Notes under the pieces: model-generated
The model's input: only the letters and a program-made list of their open reading frames with translations
Database searches by the model: none
Told to the model about the DNA's origin: nothing
Shown: in pieces, positions 28,872-39,331 of the stretch
Position numbering within the stretch: the first letter of the stretch is position 1
Layout of the letters: the number at the start of each line of letters is the position of its first letter
Origin: a virus
Reading direction: 5' to 3' (one strand)
DNA length: 64,000 nucleotides
IMG/VR virus record: IMGVR_UViG_3300045451_000008
Coordinates: 68,848 to 132,847 of that record
Program-made: the position numbers and the translations under genes

Positions 28872-31800
28872 TGGCTGGCGAAACTCGCGGTACTGGCATT
28901 GAGGTCAGCATCTTCAATGGGAATGACCCCTATGGGCTTCCCATTGTCACGCTGCCCAACGTCTCCGAGGTCAAGGGCCTCGATGAGATCAAGGGTCCGG
29001 GCGGTGGCTCCTTCCAGGTGCATCTCGATGACCCCGTTCTGGCGCGCTACCCCAACTGCCTGGACTACTACAACATCGTCCGTGTCTACAACGACGGCCT
29101 CTGCCTGGCCGCGTACGAGATCTCGGACATCAACAACATCCAGGTGGACAAGTCCGAGAACGCTTCGCGCTACCGGGAGGTCTCTGGGCAGGGTCTCCGA
29201 GGCTGGTTCCGCAACGCCACGGTGCAGCCCTACAAGGGACTCCGCCAGGACTCCTACACGACCCGAAACTTCAACTTCGCGTCCGAGGTCAACACTTGGT
29301 ACAACCCCGCTGAGTGGACCAACCCCTGGGGTGGTACCAAGCAGAGCGACCCGCCTGAGATCAACAACTGGCCCTATGGTCCGGAGGACTGGCCGGACGC
29401 TCCGGACGCACGCTGGATCTGGGACCGCCCTTTCAGCGCGACGCAGCCTCAGGGTGATGTCTACTTCCGGTACACCCTCAGCGTCCCGTCCGAGGCAAAG
29501 TACTCGTTCTTCGTCGCAGCCGACGACACCTTCGACCTCTACGTGGACGCTCAGCTCCTGGCGGATCACCACGACAACAAGGTCTCCTGGTCTACGACGA
29601 CTCAGGTGGACATCACGCTGGGTCCCGGCGATCACGTCGTGGGCTTCAAGGTCACCAACGACGCTCGTGGAGGCCGTGCGGGTCTCCTCTGTGCCATCTT
29701 CCGCTACGGCAACCCTGCCGAGCCCACAGCAGCGCAGCTCGTCGCTCAGACGGCTGGAGGCGACGGCTGGCGCTGCCTGGGCTACCCGGCCATCCCCCCG
29801 GCGTGGACTCCCGGTGAGGTCATGCTCACCCTCCTGGAGGAGGCTCGTGCCCGCGGCGTCGCCTTCGTGGACTGGATCACTCCCGACTTCACGCGCACTC
29901 ACGACTCCAACGGAGAACTGTGGGATCGCAACGTCGAGTGGTCCTTCAAAGTGGGCACCGAGTACTACGACGTCATCACCAAGCTCGAAGAGCTGTCGTG
30001 CGACGTCTTCATCGACCCCGAACTCGGCACCTTGCAGATGTGGAAGGAGCGCTCCAAGAAGGAGGCTCCGGGGGACTACCCGCAGCAGCCCCAGTTCGAG
30101 CTGGGCAAGAACATCGGCAAGGCGACCGAGTCGGGTAAGGCCGACATCAAGACTCGATTCAACATCCTGACCGATGACGGTTGGGTGACGGAGATCGACT
30201 ACATCGCGGAGAACAAGTACGGCATCCGTGAGGGAACCCTGGAGACCAACAACTCCAAGGCCTTCGCTAAGACCGTCGCCAAGGCGGCTTTCACCAAGCA
30301 GGGTGCTCCGGAAGACAGTGCTGCCCTCACCATCTTCCCCACGCCTGGCATGGTCCCCTTCAAGGACTACAAGGTTGGCGACTGGGTCATCGCTCCCGCC
30401 GCCAACGGCACAGGGACTCCTACCAAGCGCCGCATTGTCTCGCTGGCTTTCGTGGAAGACACCGCTGGCAACATCACGTACTCCGCTGAGTTCGACACCA
30501 TCACGGAGAACCGACTTCAGAAGCTGGAGCGCTGGCTGGCCAACGCCACGGCTTCCGCCTCTTCTTCGTCTGGTGGCGGATCGTACGGCTCCGGTGGAGG
30601 AAGTAGCGCGGGCGCTCCGTCAGGAGGAGCAGTCAGCTCTCCTGCCAGCAACCGACGACCGAGCTTCCCCGTCAACTTCTCCGCACAGGGTGAGGCTGTC
30701 TGGGTCGAGAACCAGGCCGTGGGCTACGCCAACCTCCGCTGGGATCCGGTCTCCCTGGGTGTCGATGAGCAGCCCATTTCGGTCAGCGGCTACGAGGTTT
30801 GGGGACAGCGCGCGTTCGGCGCCGCGGACGCTTGGATGCGCCTGACCACGGTCACGACTACTTCGGCCATCATCAACAACCTGGCCCCGGGCGACCGGTG
30901 GTTCTTCCGCGTGCGCGCGATCTCCGCCCTCAAGTCGGGCATCTACTCCATCTACTCCACCGAGCGCATCGTCAACATCCCGCAGCCGGTGACGCGTCTC
31001 GACCGACCCACCAACGCCAACCTCACCTCCAAGTACGGTGTGCTCAACGTGCGCTGGGACGGTGCTCTGGTCAGCCTCGACGGACTGATCTGGCCTCCTC
31101 CTCAGTTCGACTACGTCTACGCCGCCTACTCGACTGAACTCAATGGCGCCTACACCCGTGCAGGTAGCTCGCTCACCGGCCAGGGAACTACTTCTCTGAC
31201 GGACCTGGACGTCGGGACGGTCTACTACGTCAAGCTCTACGCGGTGGACCGTGCTGGCTTCGTCTCGCAGCCCTCCATCGCGCAGTCGCTCCAGGTCGTG
31301 GGCGTGGACCTGGGCAACCTCGACGGTGAGGTCGCTACCGCGATCAAGGCCGCAGAGGACGCCGCCAAGGCTGCCGCAGCGCTGGCCAGTGGCGCTCAGA
31401 CGACCGCAGATGGCAAGGGGAAGATTTGGTACCTCCCCAGTGCCCCGGCGTCTCCTACGCCCTCCTACAACTTCTCCAACGACCTCTGGTTCGACACTTC
31501 CCACGGCAACCTCCCCATGCGCTGGGACGGCGTCAACGGCTGGGTGTCGGCTCAGGACCTCGCTGTCCGTGACGCTCTCGCTGCCGGGCAGACCGCGCTG
31601 ACGACTGCCAACGGCAAGAACACCACGTGGTACCAGGACGAGGAGCCCGCGCGTCCTCAGGGCGGCTTCACCGTTGGTGACCTCTGGTTCGACACCAACG
31701 ACGGCAACACGCCCTACGTCTTCGATGGAAACGACTGGGCTTCTGCCGCTGACGAACGTGCCCGTATCGCAGCCGAGGCCGCGAACTCCTCTGCCTCTGA

Positions 31801-34678
31801 CGCCATCGAAGCAGCAGCCGCAGCCGTCGAGGCTGCCTCGCAGGCGCAGTCCACCGCGGACGGCAAGGGCGAGATCATCTACTCGGCCACGGCTCCTCCC
31901 GGGAACTTCTCGAATCTGTGGTTCGACCAGGCCAACGGCGCCAACACCCCCAAGCGCTGGGACGGCAACGGCTGGGTGGCCATCACAGACGCCGTGGCCT
32001 CCAACGCTCAGCTCGCGGCAGACGCTGCCGAGCTTGCTGCCAACAACGCCTCCAAGGCCGCCTCAGGCGCTCTCCTGGCTGCCAATGGGAAGAACACCGT
32101 CTACCGGTTCCCGCAGCGTCCTGCCACCCCTCAGGGCGGCTTCCGCATCAACGACACGTGGTTCGACACCGCCAACGGCAACGCCATCTACCTCTGGGAT
32201 GGCGCGGACTGGACCTCAGCCGAGCTGGGCACGAGTGCCATCGCTGACCTGGCGATCACGAACGCCAAGATCGGCAACCTGGACGCCGCCAAGATCACCA
32301 CCGGCATCCTCAACGCGGACCACATCGCGGCCAACAGCATCACGGTGGACAAGCTCACCATCGGCTCGTTCGACAACCTCATGCTCGACCCCGCCTTCGA
32401 CCAGGGTGGCAAGAGCTGGACGCTGCCCCTGGGCGCGCTCATCACGCCGAACGTGGGCCGTCGCGCAGGCACCCCTGCGCTCGTCGTCTCGCACGGTTCT
32501 GCAACTCAGGTCATCCAGCAGAGCCCTTCCTTCAAGACCATCTCCGGTGGCGCCTCCTACCTCTTCACCGTCTGGATGAAGACCACCGTCAGCACGCCTG
32601 TCACGCTCGGTGTGACGTGGCGCCGGGCTACCGGCTCGAACATCTACGGCACCATCACGCCGGAGACTCTCATCGCGGGTCAGTGGACCAAGATCTCGCG
32701 GGTCGTGGACGCTCCTGAAGACGCCGTCGAGGCGAACTTCTACATCGAGATCGGCGCCAACCGCCCCTTCGGCACGTACACCATCGACTTCGTGGCGGTC
32801 ACGCGCGCAGCCAACGGTGAGCTGATCGTTGACGGCTCCATCACCACGGGCAAGATCGTCTCGGGCGCCATCACCACGCGTGAGCTGAACGCTGACGCGG
32901 TCACCGCAGAGAAGATTCAGGCCGGTGCCATCGTCGCGGGCAAGATCGACGTCGGAGCCGTCACCGCTGACACCATCCAGGCTGGGGCGATCACCGCAGG
33001 GAAGATTCAGGCGGGCGCTGTCACCGCGGGCACCCTCGCAGCAGGAGCTGTCACCGCGGGCACCATCGCCGCGGGCGCCATCACGACGGAGAAGATTCAG
33101 GCCGGAGCCATCACGGCTCAGTCCGGCATCATCGGCTCGCTCGACGCAGGAGTCATCACCTCCGGCACGCTGAACGCTGGGCGCATCGCCGCCAACGCGA
33201 TCACCTCCGACAAGATCGCGGCGGGTGCCATCACCGCGGGCAAGCTCGACGCCAACGCTGTCACGGCAGGCACCATCCAGGCCGGTGCGATCACGGCAGA
33301 CAAGATCGGTGCTGCGCAGGTCACCGCGGGCAAGCTCAGCGCGGACTCGGTCGCAGCCGTCAACATCCAGGCCCTCGCGATCACCGCCGAGAAGATCGGT
33401 GCGGATGCCATCACGGCAAACAAGATTGCAGCGGGAGCTATCGAGACCGACAAGATCGCAGCAGGCGCCATCCAGGCTCAGCACCTGGATATCTCGGTAG
33501 GAGGCCGTGGAACCCAGATTAATCGGCTTGCCGCGCCTATCACAGACCGCAACTTCTGGACCCGAGTAAAGAACGGCACCATCAAGTTCAACAATGACAT
33601 CTTCGGACTGAGTCGTAACTGGCAGTTCGCAAATGTCACCGCGGAAGGCATCATTCCGGGAACTACGACTGGTTCAGGGGGTCCTGGACTTGACACTATC
33701 GTTACGGACAGCCATCCCGTTCCTATTTCTCGTCAGCTTCGAGTAACGATCAATGGAGCATCGCTTACTGGTTCCGTTCTCAAGATCGCGTACTGGAAGG
33801 ATGCGGAATTCACGATTATCGACACTGCCTTCCGTACTACCGTTTCAGAAGACCGCACTGTCTACTTCCCTTCCGACGCCAAGGGATGGTTCGCCTACCT
33901 CGATTCTCTGACGACGACTGCCACGCGCATCACTGCGCTGGAGATCTACGAGGTTGCCGGAGGACCTCCTGGTCAGGGCCGGATCAACATCGACCCCGCT
34001 GGTGTCACTGTCTACCGTGCGGACGACAGCAAGGCTGTCTTCATGGATCAGCTGGGCATTCACGGACGCACCAGCGCCGGAGACAGTACTTTCGACATTA
34101 CGTCGCAGGGTATTTCGGTGTACCAGCAGGGCAACATCGAAGCGGCTCGAATGGGCTACGGGTCTCCGACCGGCTTCTCGATTCGTAACCCTACGACCAA
34201 CTCTCTCCAGCCTCTCGCTTCTCACGTGTTCGGCACTGTAGCTACTCAGGCTTCTGGAATGGGTAGCTTCATCAGCAACCAGAACCACGCTAAGCGCTTT
34301 CTTCCGCTCAATATCGCCAGTGCTACTGCCACTTCCGTGTCTGGCCGTTTTCTGGTCACATGCAGCTTCCTGTATCAGATTCGACCGGGTACTCGTCTCT
34401 TTGTAGAGCTGTGCGCGTACTCTACTACTAACCCTCAGACCAATAATGCTGACAGAATTCTCATTGAATACGGTCTTGTTTCTGGCCCGTATGCCCAGGA
34501 TGAGACTAAGGTCATGTACATGGGAGAAGGCGTGCAGACTATTCAGGGAATTCTTTATCTTCCCGTTGGACAGTCACGAGTTCTGGGATTTGACATGACT
34601 CTTCAGGCTGGTCAGTACGCAAACGACCCGAAGGACTCTTACCTCACCCTTCAGTCCATCTCCGCGGTCCCCGTGTAG
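28871..34678 (+). CDS. Large minor tail / baseplate hub-fibre protein
   Basis: FN3-like segments, repeated DLWFDT modules, CBM-like domain and 10-aa AGAITAxKI repeats. Confidence 0.85.
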   Translation: MAGETRGTGIEVSIFNGNDPYGLPIVTLPNVSEVKGLDEIKGPGGGSFQVHLDDPVLARYPNCLDYYNIVRVYNDGLCLAAYEISDINNIQVDKSENASRYREVSGQGLRGWFRNATVQPYKGLRQDSYTTRNFNFASEVNTWYNPAEWTNPWGGTKQSDPPEINNWPYGPEDWPDAPDARWIWDRPFSATQPQGDVYFRYTLSVPSEAKYSFFVAADDTFDLYVDAQLLADHHDNKVSWSTTTQVDITLGPGDHVVGFKVTNDARGGRAGLLCAIFRYGNPAEPTAAQLVAQTAGGDGWRCLGYPAIPPAWTPGEVMLTLLEEARARGVAFVDWITPDFTRTHDSNGELWDRNVEWSFKVGTEYYDVITKLEELSCDVFIDPELGTLQMWKERSKKEAPGDYPQQPQFELGKNIGKATESGKADIKTRFNILTDDGWVTEIDYIAENKYGIREGTLETNNSKAFAKTVAKAAFTKQGAPEDSAALTIFPTPGMVPFKDYKVGDWVIAPAANGTGTPTKRRIVSLAFVEDTAGNITYSAEFDTITENRLQKLERWLANATASASSSSGGGSYGSGGGSSAGAPSGGAVSSPASNRRPSFPVNFSAQGEAVWVENQAVGYANLRWDPVSLGVDEQPISVSGYEVWGQRAFGAADAWMRLTTVTTTSAIINNLAPGDRWFFRVRAISALKSGIYSIYSTERIVNIPQPVTRLDRPTNANLTSKYGVLNVRWDGALVSLDGLIWPPPQFDYVYAAYSTELNGAYTRAGSSLTGQGTTSLTDLDVGTVYYVKLYAVDRAGFVSQPSIAQSLQVVGVDLGNLDGEVATAIKAAEDAAKAAAALASGAQTTADGKGKIWYLPSAPASPTPSYNFSNDLWFDTSHGNLPMRWDGVNGWVSAQDLAVRDALAAGQTALTTANGKNTTWYQDEEPARPQGGFTVGDLWFDTNDGNTPYVFDGNDWASAADERARIAAEAANSSASDAIEAAAAAVEAASQAQSTADGKGEIIYSATAPPGNFSNLWFDQANGANTPKRWDGNGWVAITDAVASNAQLAADAAELAANNASKAASGALLAANGKNTVYRFPQRPATPQGGFRINDTWFDTANGNAIYLWDGADWTSAELGTSAIADLAITNAKIGNLDAAKITTGILNADHIAANSITVDKLTIGSFDNLMLDPAFDQGGKSWTLPLGALITPNVGRRAGTPALVVSHGSATQVIQQSPSFKTISGGASYLFTVWMKTTVSTPVTLGVTWRRATGSNIYGTITPETLIAGQWTKISRVVDAPEDAVEANFYIEIGANRPFGTYTIDFVAVTRAANGELIVDGSITTGKIVSGAITTRELNADAVTAEKIQAGAIVAGKIDVGAVTADTIQAGAITAGKIQAGAVTAGTLAAGAVTAGTIAAGAITTEKIQAGAITAQSGIIGSLDAGVITSGTLNAGRIAANAITSDKIAAGAITAGKLDANAVTAGTIQAGAITADKIGAAQVTAGKLSADSVAAVNIQALAITAEKIGADAITANKIAAGAIETDKIAAGAIQAQHLDISVGGRGTQINRLAAPITDRNFWTRVKNGTIKFNNDIFGLSRNWQFANVTAEGIIPGTTTGSGGPGLDTIVTDSHPVPISRQLRVTINGASLTGSVLKIAYWKDAEFTIIDTAFRTTVSEDRTVYFPSDAKGWFAYLDSLTTTATRITALEIYEVAGGPPGQGRINIDPAGVTVYRADDSKAVFMDQLGIHGRTSAGDSTFDITSQGISVYQQGNIEAARMGYGSPTGFSIRNPTTNSLQPLASHVFGTVATQASGMGSFISNQNHAKRFLPLNIASATATSVSGRFLVTCSFLYQIRPGTRLFVELCAYSTTNPQTNNADRILIEYGLVSGPYAQDETKVMYMGEGVQTIQGILYLPVGQSRVLGFDMTLQAGQYANDPKDSYLTLQSISAVPV

Positions 34679-34688
34679 TTGCTAGTAG
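34679..34688 (+). promoter_or_regulatory. Putative late promoter element TTGCTAGTA (copy 3)
   Basis: Upstream of the membrane/holin cluster. Confidence 0.5.
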
Positions 34689-34728
34689 GGGAGAGGAGAA
34701 GTTTCCTCCGCGATCCTGAGGAGCCTCG

Positions 34729-35211
34729 ATGCCTGAGATTGACAAGAAGCGAGGTCCGATCCGGACCTTCTTCGGTCATCTGAACCTTCAGCACTGGGCC
34801 TGGATCAACTTCAAGCTCTCGCTTGGTGTTGCCTGGGCCTGGGCCATGCTGTCTTCCACCCCGGACACCATCGTCAGTGCTCTGTCTCCCGCGGTCATCC
34901 CGTACTGGACCATTCCGACCATGATCGGTGCGCTCATCTCGGTGGTCGGAATGCTGATGTACGCGCAGCCTCCGGGTCGCGTCAAGACCATCGGTGTGTC
35001 CATCGAGTTCGCGGGTCTATGCTTCTTCGCTATCGGTCCGCTGGTCTACTTCTTCACTCGAATCGCTCTCGCAAGCTCTACTCCGGGCAATCAGGGCGTA
35101 CCGCTCATGATCTTCGCGTACTCCATGCTCTCGGTCATCGTCTTCCGGTTCATCGTCGTGATTCCTCGGGTCTGGTTCGAGGCGCATGATCCCCGGAAGG
35201 TGGACATCTGA
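34729..35211 (+). CDS. Membrane protein (about 4 TM segments)
   Basis: Hydrophobic segments; post-tail position. Confidence 0.7.
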   Translation: MPEIDKKRGPIRTFFGHLNLQHWAWINFKLSLGVAWAWAMLSSTPDTIVSALSPAVIPYWTIPTMIGALISVVGMLMYAQPPGRVKTIGVSIEFAGLCFFAIGPLVYFFTRIALASSTPGNQGVPLMIFAYSMLSVIVFRFIVVIPRVWFEAHDPRKVDI

Positions 35212-35624
35212 TGGAGCTTCTCCAGAGCCTGGCCACAGGCGCCATCGGAGCAGGCATCGTAGGTGGCTTCTTCGCCATCTTCCAGCTCATCCTCAACAAG
35301 AAGCTCCGGTCTCCCGCAGACCGGCAGACAGAGATCAAGACGGTCTTCGAGTTCCTCAACGGAACGATCATGGAGAACCGAGCTGATCGGGTGGCGAACG
35401 AAACCACCATCAAGACTCTCCGTGAGTACGCGGAGAAGCTCGAAAACGATGCACGGGCTGACCAGGAGCTGATCCGGGAGCTTCACGCTCAGATCTACGT
35501 CCTGGAGGAGCGCAACGCTCAGAAGGACCGCCGCATCCGGGAGCTGGAGTACGAGCTTCGCCGCTACGCCTCCATCATCATCCTGCCGAACACCCCCAAC
35601 GAACCGCACATCCAGCAGCCGTAA
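35211..35624 (+). CDS. Membrane-anchored coiled-coil protein (lysis-associated)
   Basis: N-terminal TM segment followed by heptads. Confidence 0.7.
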   Translation: MELLQSLATGAIGAGIVGGFFAIFQLILNKKLRSPADRQTEIKTVFEFLNGTIMENRADRVANETTIKTLREYAEKLENDARADQELIRELHAQIYVLEERNAQKDRRIRELEYELRRYASIIILPNTPNEPHIQQP

Positions 35625-35636
35625 GGAACAAGAATC

Positions 35637-36068
35637 ATGATCCAGAAGTACGCCGCAGCCTTCCTGACCCTCGCGGTCACGGTGCTGACTGCCATCTCGG
35701 TCCTCCCGGACCCGACCATCACGCTGGACGTCGCGCTCCAGCTCGGCCTCCTCACGGTGGGCACCATCGGCACGCTCTTCCTCCCGCTCCTCAACGGGAG
35801 CTGGGCCGGTGGCCTCAAGACGGGCGTCAACATCTTCACCGCCCTCCTGTCCGCTCTCGTGCCGCTGACTGGCTACATCAACGAGGGCAAGTTCGAGACC
35901 GCGCAGCTCATCCTCGTGCTGATCGCCGTTCTGAACGCCGTGCTGTCCGAGCTGGGCGTCTACACCCGTCTCGACAAGGCCTCCGACTACGTGGCCAAGC
36001 ACGAGGCAGGCGTCATCCAGGTCCCGTCCGTGGACCCGCTCGCCGTCAAGGCCGTCACCACGGTCTAG
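35637..36068 (+). CDS. Holin-like membrane protein
   Basis: Four hydrophobic segments. Confidence 0.65.
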   Translation: MIQKYAAAFLTLAVTVLTAISVLPDPTITLDVALQLGLLTVGTIGTLFLPLLNGSWAGGLKTGVNIFTALLSALVPLTGYINEGKFETAQLILVLIAVLNAVLSELGVYTRLDKASDYVAKHEAGVIQVPSVDPLAVKAVTTV

Positions 36069-36095
36069 TGCAACCGGATTTGTTACACTCCCCGT

Positions 36096-36254
36096 GTGAC
36101 AACTCCTGACTCCAAGTACCAGCCCTTGCTTGCCGAGGCGCGGTCCGCGTTCCTAGAGGATGCGAGCTACGTCATCGCCATCGCAAGGGCTGGTTCTTCG
36201 TTGGTCAAGAACGAGCCAACCTCTGTCGGCTCAGCACCGGACTCCCGCGTATAA
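36096..36254 (+). CDS. Possible 52-aa ORF
   Basis: GTG...TAA fills the gap; weak codon bias. Confidence 0.3.
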   Translation: MTTPDSKYQPLLAEARSAFLEDASYVIAIARAGSSLVKNEPTSVGSAPDSRV

Positions 36255-36259
36255 CAGTG

Positions 36260-37960
36260 GTGCAGAACTTCGACGTCCGAAACTACTCCGACCAGTCCAG
36301 GCGTCGAGTGGCCAACGCCCTCCGCCTGAAAGAAGATTTCAAGCTCCCTCACCTCGACGCATGGAACTACGCGCTCTGCCGCCAGCACGCTCAAGGCTGG
36401 CCGGAGGAGTTCTACGACGAGGCGACTCAGGAGGACGGCGTCCGCCTCGTGCGAGACCGTCCCAAGCCCGGCTGCCGCAAGTGCGGGATTCACTTCCGTG
36501 CTCACCAGCGGACCGGCATCGCCTGGCTCTACTTCGCCAAGCGCGCTCTCCTGGCTGACCCCATGGGCACCGGCAAGACCACCCACGCTGGCGGTCTACT
36601 CGCCATGCTCCAGCAGACCGGTGAGCTGGGCTACCGGTGGGAGAAGGACGAGCAGTTCGGCTCCCGAGGCCGGGCCATCATCATCCCTCGCGCCCCCGCT
36701 CTGATGCAGTGGTACACCGAGCTTCACCGCATGATGCCGGGCCTGGAAGTCATCATGGCGTCGGGTACCAAGTACTCGCGTCAGCAGGCCTACCTCTCGG
36801 GCTGGAAGGTGCTCCTCATCAGCCCACAGACGTTCCAGCGGGACGTGGACGACCTGATGAACTTCGACTACTCCGTGCTCATCACGGACGACATCGACGC
36901 CATTCGCAACCCGGAGACGCAGACGGCCTACAACCTGAAGCGCTTGGGCCGCAAGGCCGACCGCATGGTGGAGATGACGGGTACCCCGTTCCAGAAGAAC
37001 ATCAAGGAACTCTGGTCCACGCTCGACGCCATCGGTGGGCTGGAGGTTTTCGGGCCTCAGGAGACCTTCGAGAAGCGCTACACCAAGCGCGAGAACATCG
37101 CTGAGTACAGCCGCGACGGCAAGCTCCTGGGTCACCGCACCGTGACCACGTACAAGAACCTCGCGCAGGTCAAGGAGCTGATGGCGCCGATGGTTCTCCG
37201 GCGCAACGTCGAGGACCTCACGGACGTCAACCTGCCTCAGATCAACCCGAGCGACATCATGCTCGACCTCTACCCTCGCCAGCGCGCCAAGTACGAGGAG
37301 CTTCGCCGCGGAGTGCTCACGATCATGAAGGAGCAAGGCGCCGAGATCAAGCACGTCACGGCGCTGACGCAGCTCCACTACGGCGCTCAGATCTGTGGTG
37401 GACTCGCCACGCTCGGTGAGGATGACGGCCCCAACAGTTCGGTCAAGATGGACTGGCTCATGGCTCAGCTCATGCCGGGCGGTGAGCTGGAGGACGAGAA
37501 GGTCGTCGTCTTCGCCAACTACAAGAACACGGTCCGGGCTCTGCACAACCGCTTCAACGCCGCAGGCATCGGCTTCGAGACCGTGTGGGGTGAGGTCCGG
37601 GACAAGAACGCCCGTGCGCAGTCGCAGGAGCGCTTCTGGGAGGACAAGAAGTGCCGGGTGCTCATCGGTACTCAGGCCATCGAGCAGTCCCTGAATCTCC
37701 AGGTGGCTCGCCACCTCGTGAACGTGGACATGATTATGAACCCCGCTCGAATGGCGCAGCTCGCGGGTAGAATCCGTCGAGACGGGTCTGCTTACAAGCA
37801 CGTCTTCGTCCACAACCTGTTGACCGTGAACACGCAGGAGGAACGGTACCTGCCTCTGTTGGAGCGCGAAGCCGCGCTCGCAAGCTACATGTGGGATGAG
37901 AACGACCAGCTCTTCCAGTCCCTTCGCCCTACCGACATGCTGAGGCTGATTACCGGATGA
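36260..37960 (+). CDS. SNF2-family helicase
   Basis: LLADPMGTGKT, MTGTP, SLNLQ and QLAGRIRRDG motifs. Confidence 0.9.
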   Translation: MQNFDVRNYSDQSRRRVANALRLKEDFKLPHLDAWNYALCRQHAQGWPEEFYDEATQEDGVRLVRDRPKPGCRKCGIHFRAHQRTGIAWLYFAKRALLADPMGTGKTTHAGGLLAMLQQTGELGYRWEKDEQFGSRGRAIIIPRAPALMQWYTELHRMMPGLEVIMASGTKYSRQQAYLSGWKVLLISPQTFQRDVDDLMNFDYSVLITDDIDAIRNPETQTAYNLKRLGRKADRMVEMTGTPFQKNIKELWSTLDAIGGLEVFGPQETFEKRYTKRENIAEYSRDGKLLGHRTVTTYKNLAQVKELMAPMVLRRNVEDLTDVNLPQINPSDIMLDLYPRQRAKYEELRRGVLTIMKEQGAEIKHVTALTQLHYGAQICGGLATLGEDDGPNSSVKMDWLMAQLMPGGELEDEKVVVFANYKNTVRALHNRFNAAGIGFETVWGEVRDKNARAQSQERFWEDKKCRVLIGTQAIEQSLNLQVARHLVNVDMIMNPARMAQLAGRIRRDGSAYKHVFVHNLLTVNTQEERYLPLLEREAALASYMWDENDQLFQSLRPTDMLRLITG

Positions 37961-38772
37961 GTACAGAAGAAGATTTTGAGGATGACGAGAGCACCGTCAC
38001 ACCTCTGACCGAGGAGCAGAAGGCCCTCGTCACGAACAACATCAAGCTGGCCTACTTCCTGGGCCACATGCAGTTCGAGAAGATGCTCTCGGGCCACCAG
38101 ACTCGCCACCGCAACGCCCTCACTCGCGACGAGGTGCTCCAGTTCGCACAGCACGGGCTCATCGCAGCAGCCCGCCGCTATCGGGACTACAGCGAGAAGA
38201 AGGGCTACACGGAGGACTCCATCAGAGCCGGGGACCGCTTCTCCGTCTTCGCCCGCCACAGCATCATCGGAGCCATCCTCAACGCGCAGAGTCGCGAGGA
38301 CCACGTGCATCCTCTCGTGCGGGCTCGCTACAAGAAGCTACTCGCCGCGGGCTACAAGCAGAACGACGACCTGGGCGGTCCTCGCATCACCATGACCGAG
38401 CTGGCTCTTGCCACAGGCATGACCGAGGACCGCGTCATCGCCACCATCCAGCGGGTCGAGATCACGTTCATCTCTCAAGACGAGGTCGATGAGTTCGACG
38501 TCTCCACCAGTCAGCAGCTTGTGTCTCAGCAGGACGTGGAATCTTCTGTCGTCGTCTCGTCCATCCAGACCTCGCTCGTGCAGACGCTGGATGACCTCCC
38601 CACGGTGGAGCAGGTCATCGTGGCCATGCGGTACTACTACAACATGAAGTTCGGGGACATCGCGACGGAGCTGGGACTCCCTTCGTCCGAGGTCAGCTCT
38701 CTGCACAAGGCCGCGGTCACAGCCATCCACGGCTCCATCAAGGCTCAGGCCTCGCAGCAGATCGCATCCTAG
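37957..38772 (+). CDS. RNA polymerase sigma factor (sigma70 family)
   Basis: LVTNNIKLA, GLIAAARRY and FSVFARHSIIGAI (region 2); region 4 HTH DIATELGL. Confidence 0.85.
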   Translation: MSTEEDFEDDESTVTPLTEEQKALVTNNIKLAYFLGHMQFEKMLSGHQTRHRNALTRDEVLQFAQHGLIAAARRYRDYSEKKGYTEDSIRAGDRFSVFARHSIIGAILNAQSREDHVHPLVRARYKKLLAAGYKQNDDLGGPRITMTELALATGMTEDRVIATIQRVEITFISQDEVDEFDVSTSQQLVSQQDVESSVVVSSIQTSLVQTLDDLPTVEQVIVAMRYYYNMKFGDIATELGLPSSEVSSLHKAAVTAIHGSIKAQASQQIAS

Positions 38773-38804
38773 GTTGGCTCCCGCCTCTGGTGCTCGTAGT
38801 ACAG
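38773..38804 (+). promoter_or_regulatory. Putative phage-sigma promoter GTTGG-N17-CGTAGTACAG
   Basis: Repeated motif; ATG 2 nt downstream. Confidence 0.65.
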
Positions 38805-38806
38805 GC

Positions 38807-39331
38807 ATGACTGACGACATCGACCTCTTCGATCCGAACCTCGACCTCGCCACGGTTGACCTCGCTGCCGAGCTGAAGAAGCTCGACCTCACCGTTCTGG
38901 ACAAGCTCCAGCGCATCGCCTACCTCAACTCCGTCAAGCACGGCTTCTGGGACGGCATCGCCCCGTACGACCCCGAGAGCGCCGACAAGATGCAGGAGCG
39001 CTTCATCTCCGAGAAGATGTTCCTCGTCGTCTCGGAGGGCACGGAGGCCTTCGATGAGCACCGCTCCGGTCACGCGCTCGACCACACGTACTACTCGTAC
39101 CCCCCGGTGCCTCCGAGCCTCGCCGTGGACTTCCCCAGCGGCGGCGACGCGCGTGAGTACTGGGAGTCCAAGAACGAGGGCAAGCCCGAGGGTGTCCCCT
39201 CCGAGCTGGCGGACGGTGTGATCCGGAGCTGGGACCTCTCCGAGTGGGGCGGACAGAAGCTCTCCGCCGCCATCCTGGAGAAGATGCTCTACAACATCGG
39301 TCGTCCCTACAAGCACGGGAAGAACTTCTGA
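38807..39331 (+). CDS. MazG-like nucleotide pyrophosphohydrolase
   Basis: SEGTEAFDE...GKPEGVPSELADGVIR...RPYKHG. Confidence 0.85.
   Translation: MTDDIDLFDPNLDLATVDLAAELKKLDLTVLDKLQRIAYLNSVKHGFWDGIAPYDPESADKMQERFISEKMFLVVSEGTEAFDEHRSGHALDHTYYSYPPVPPSLAVDFPSGGDAREYWESKNEGKPEGVPSELADGVIRSWDLSEWGGQKLSAAILEKMLYNIGRPYKHGKNF

Noticed and set aside
33480-34678. Diversity-generating retroelement target in the tail protein
   Set aside because: No reverse transcriptase and no template/variable repeat pair are visible in the window.
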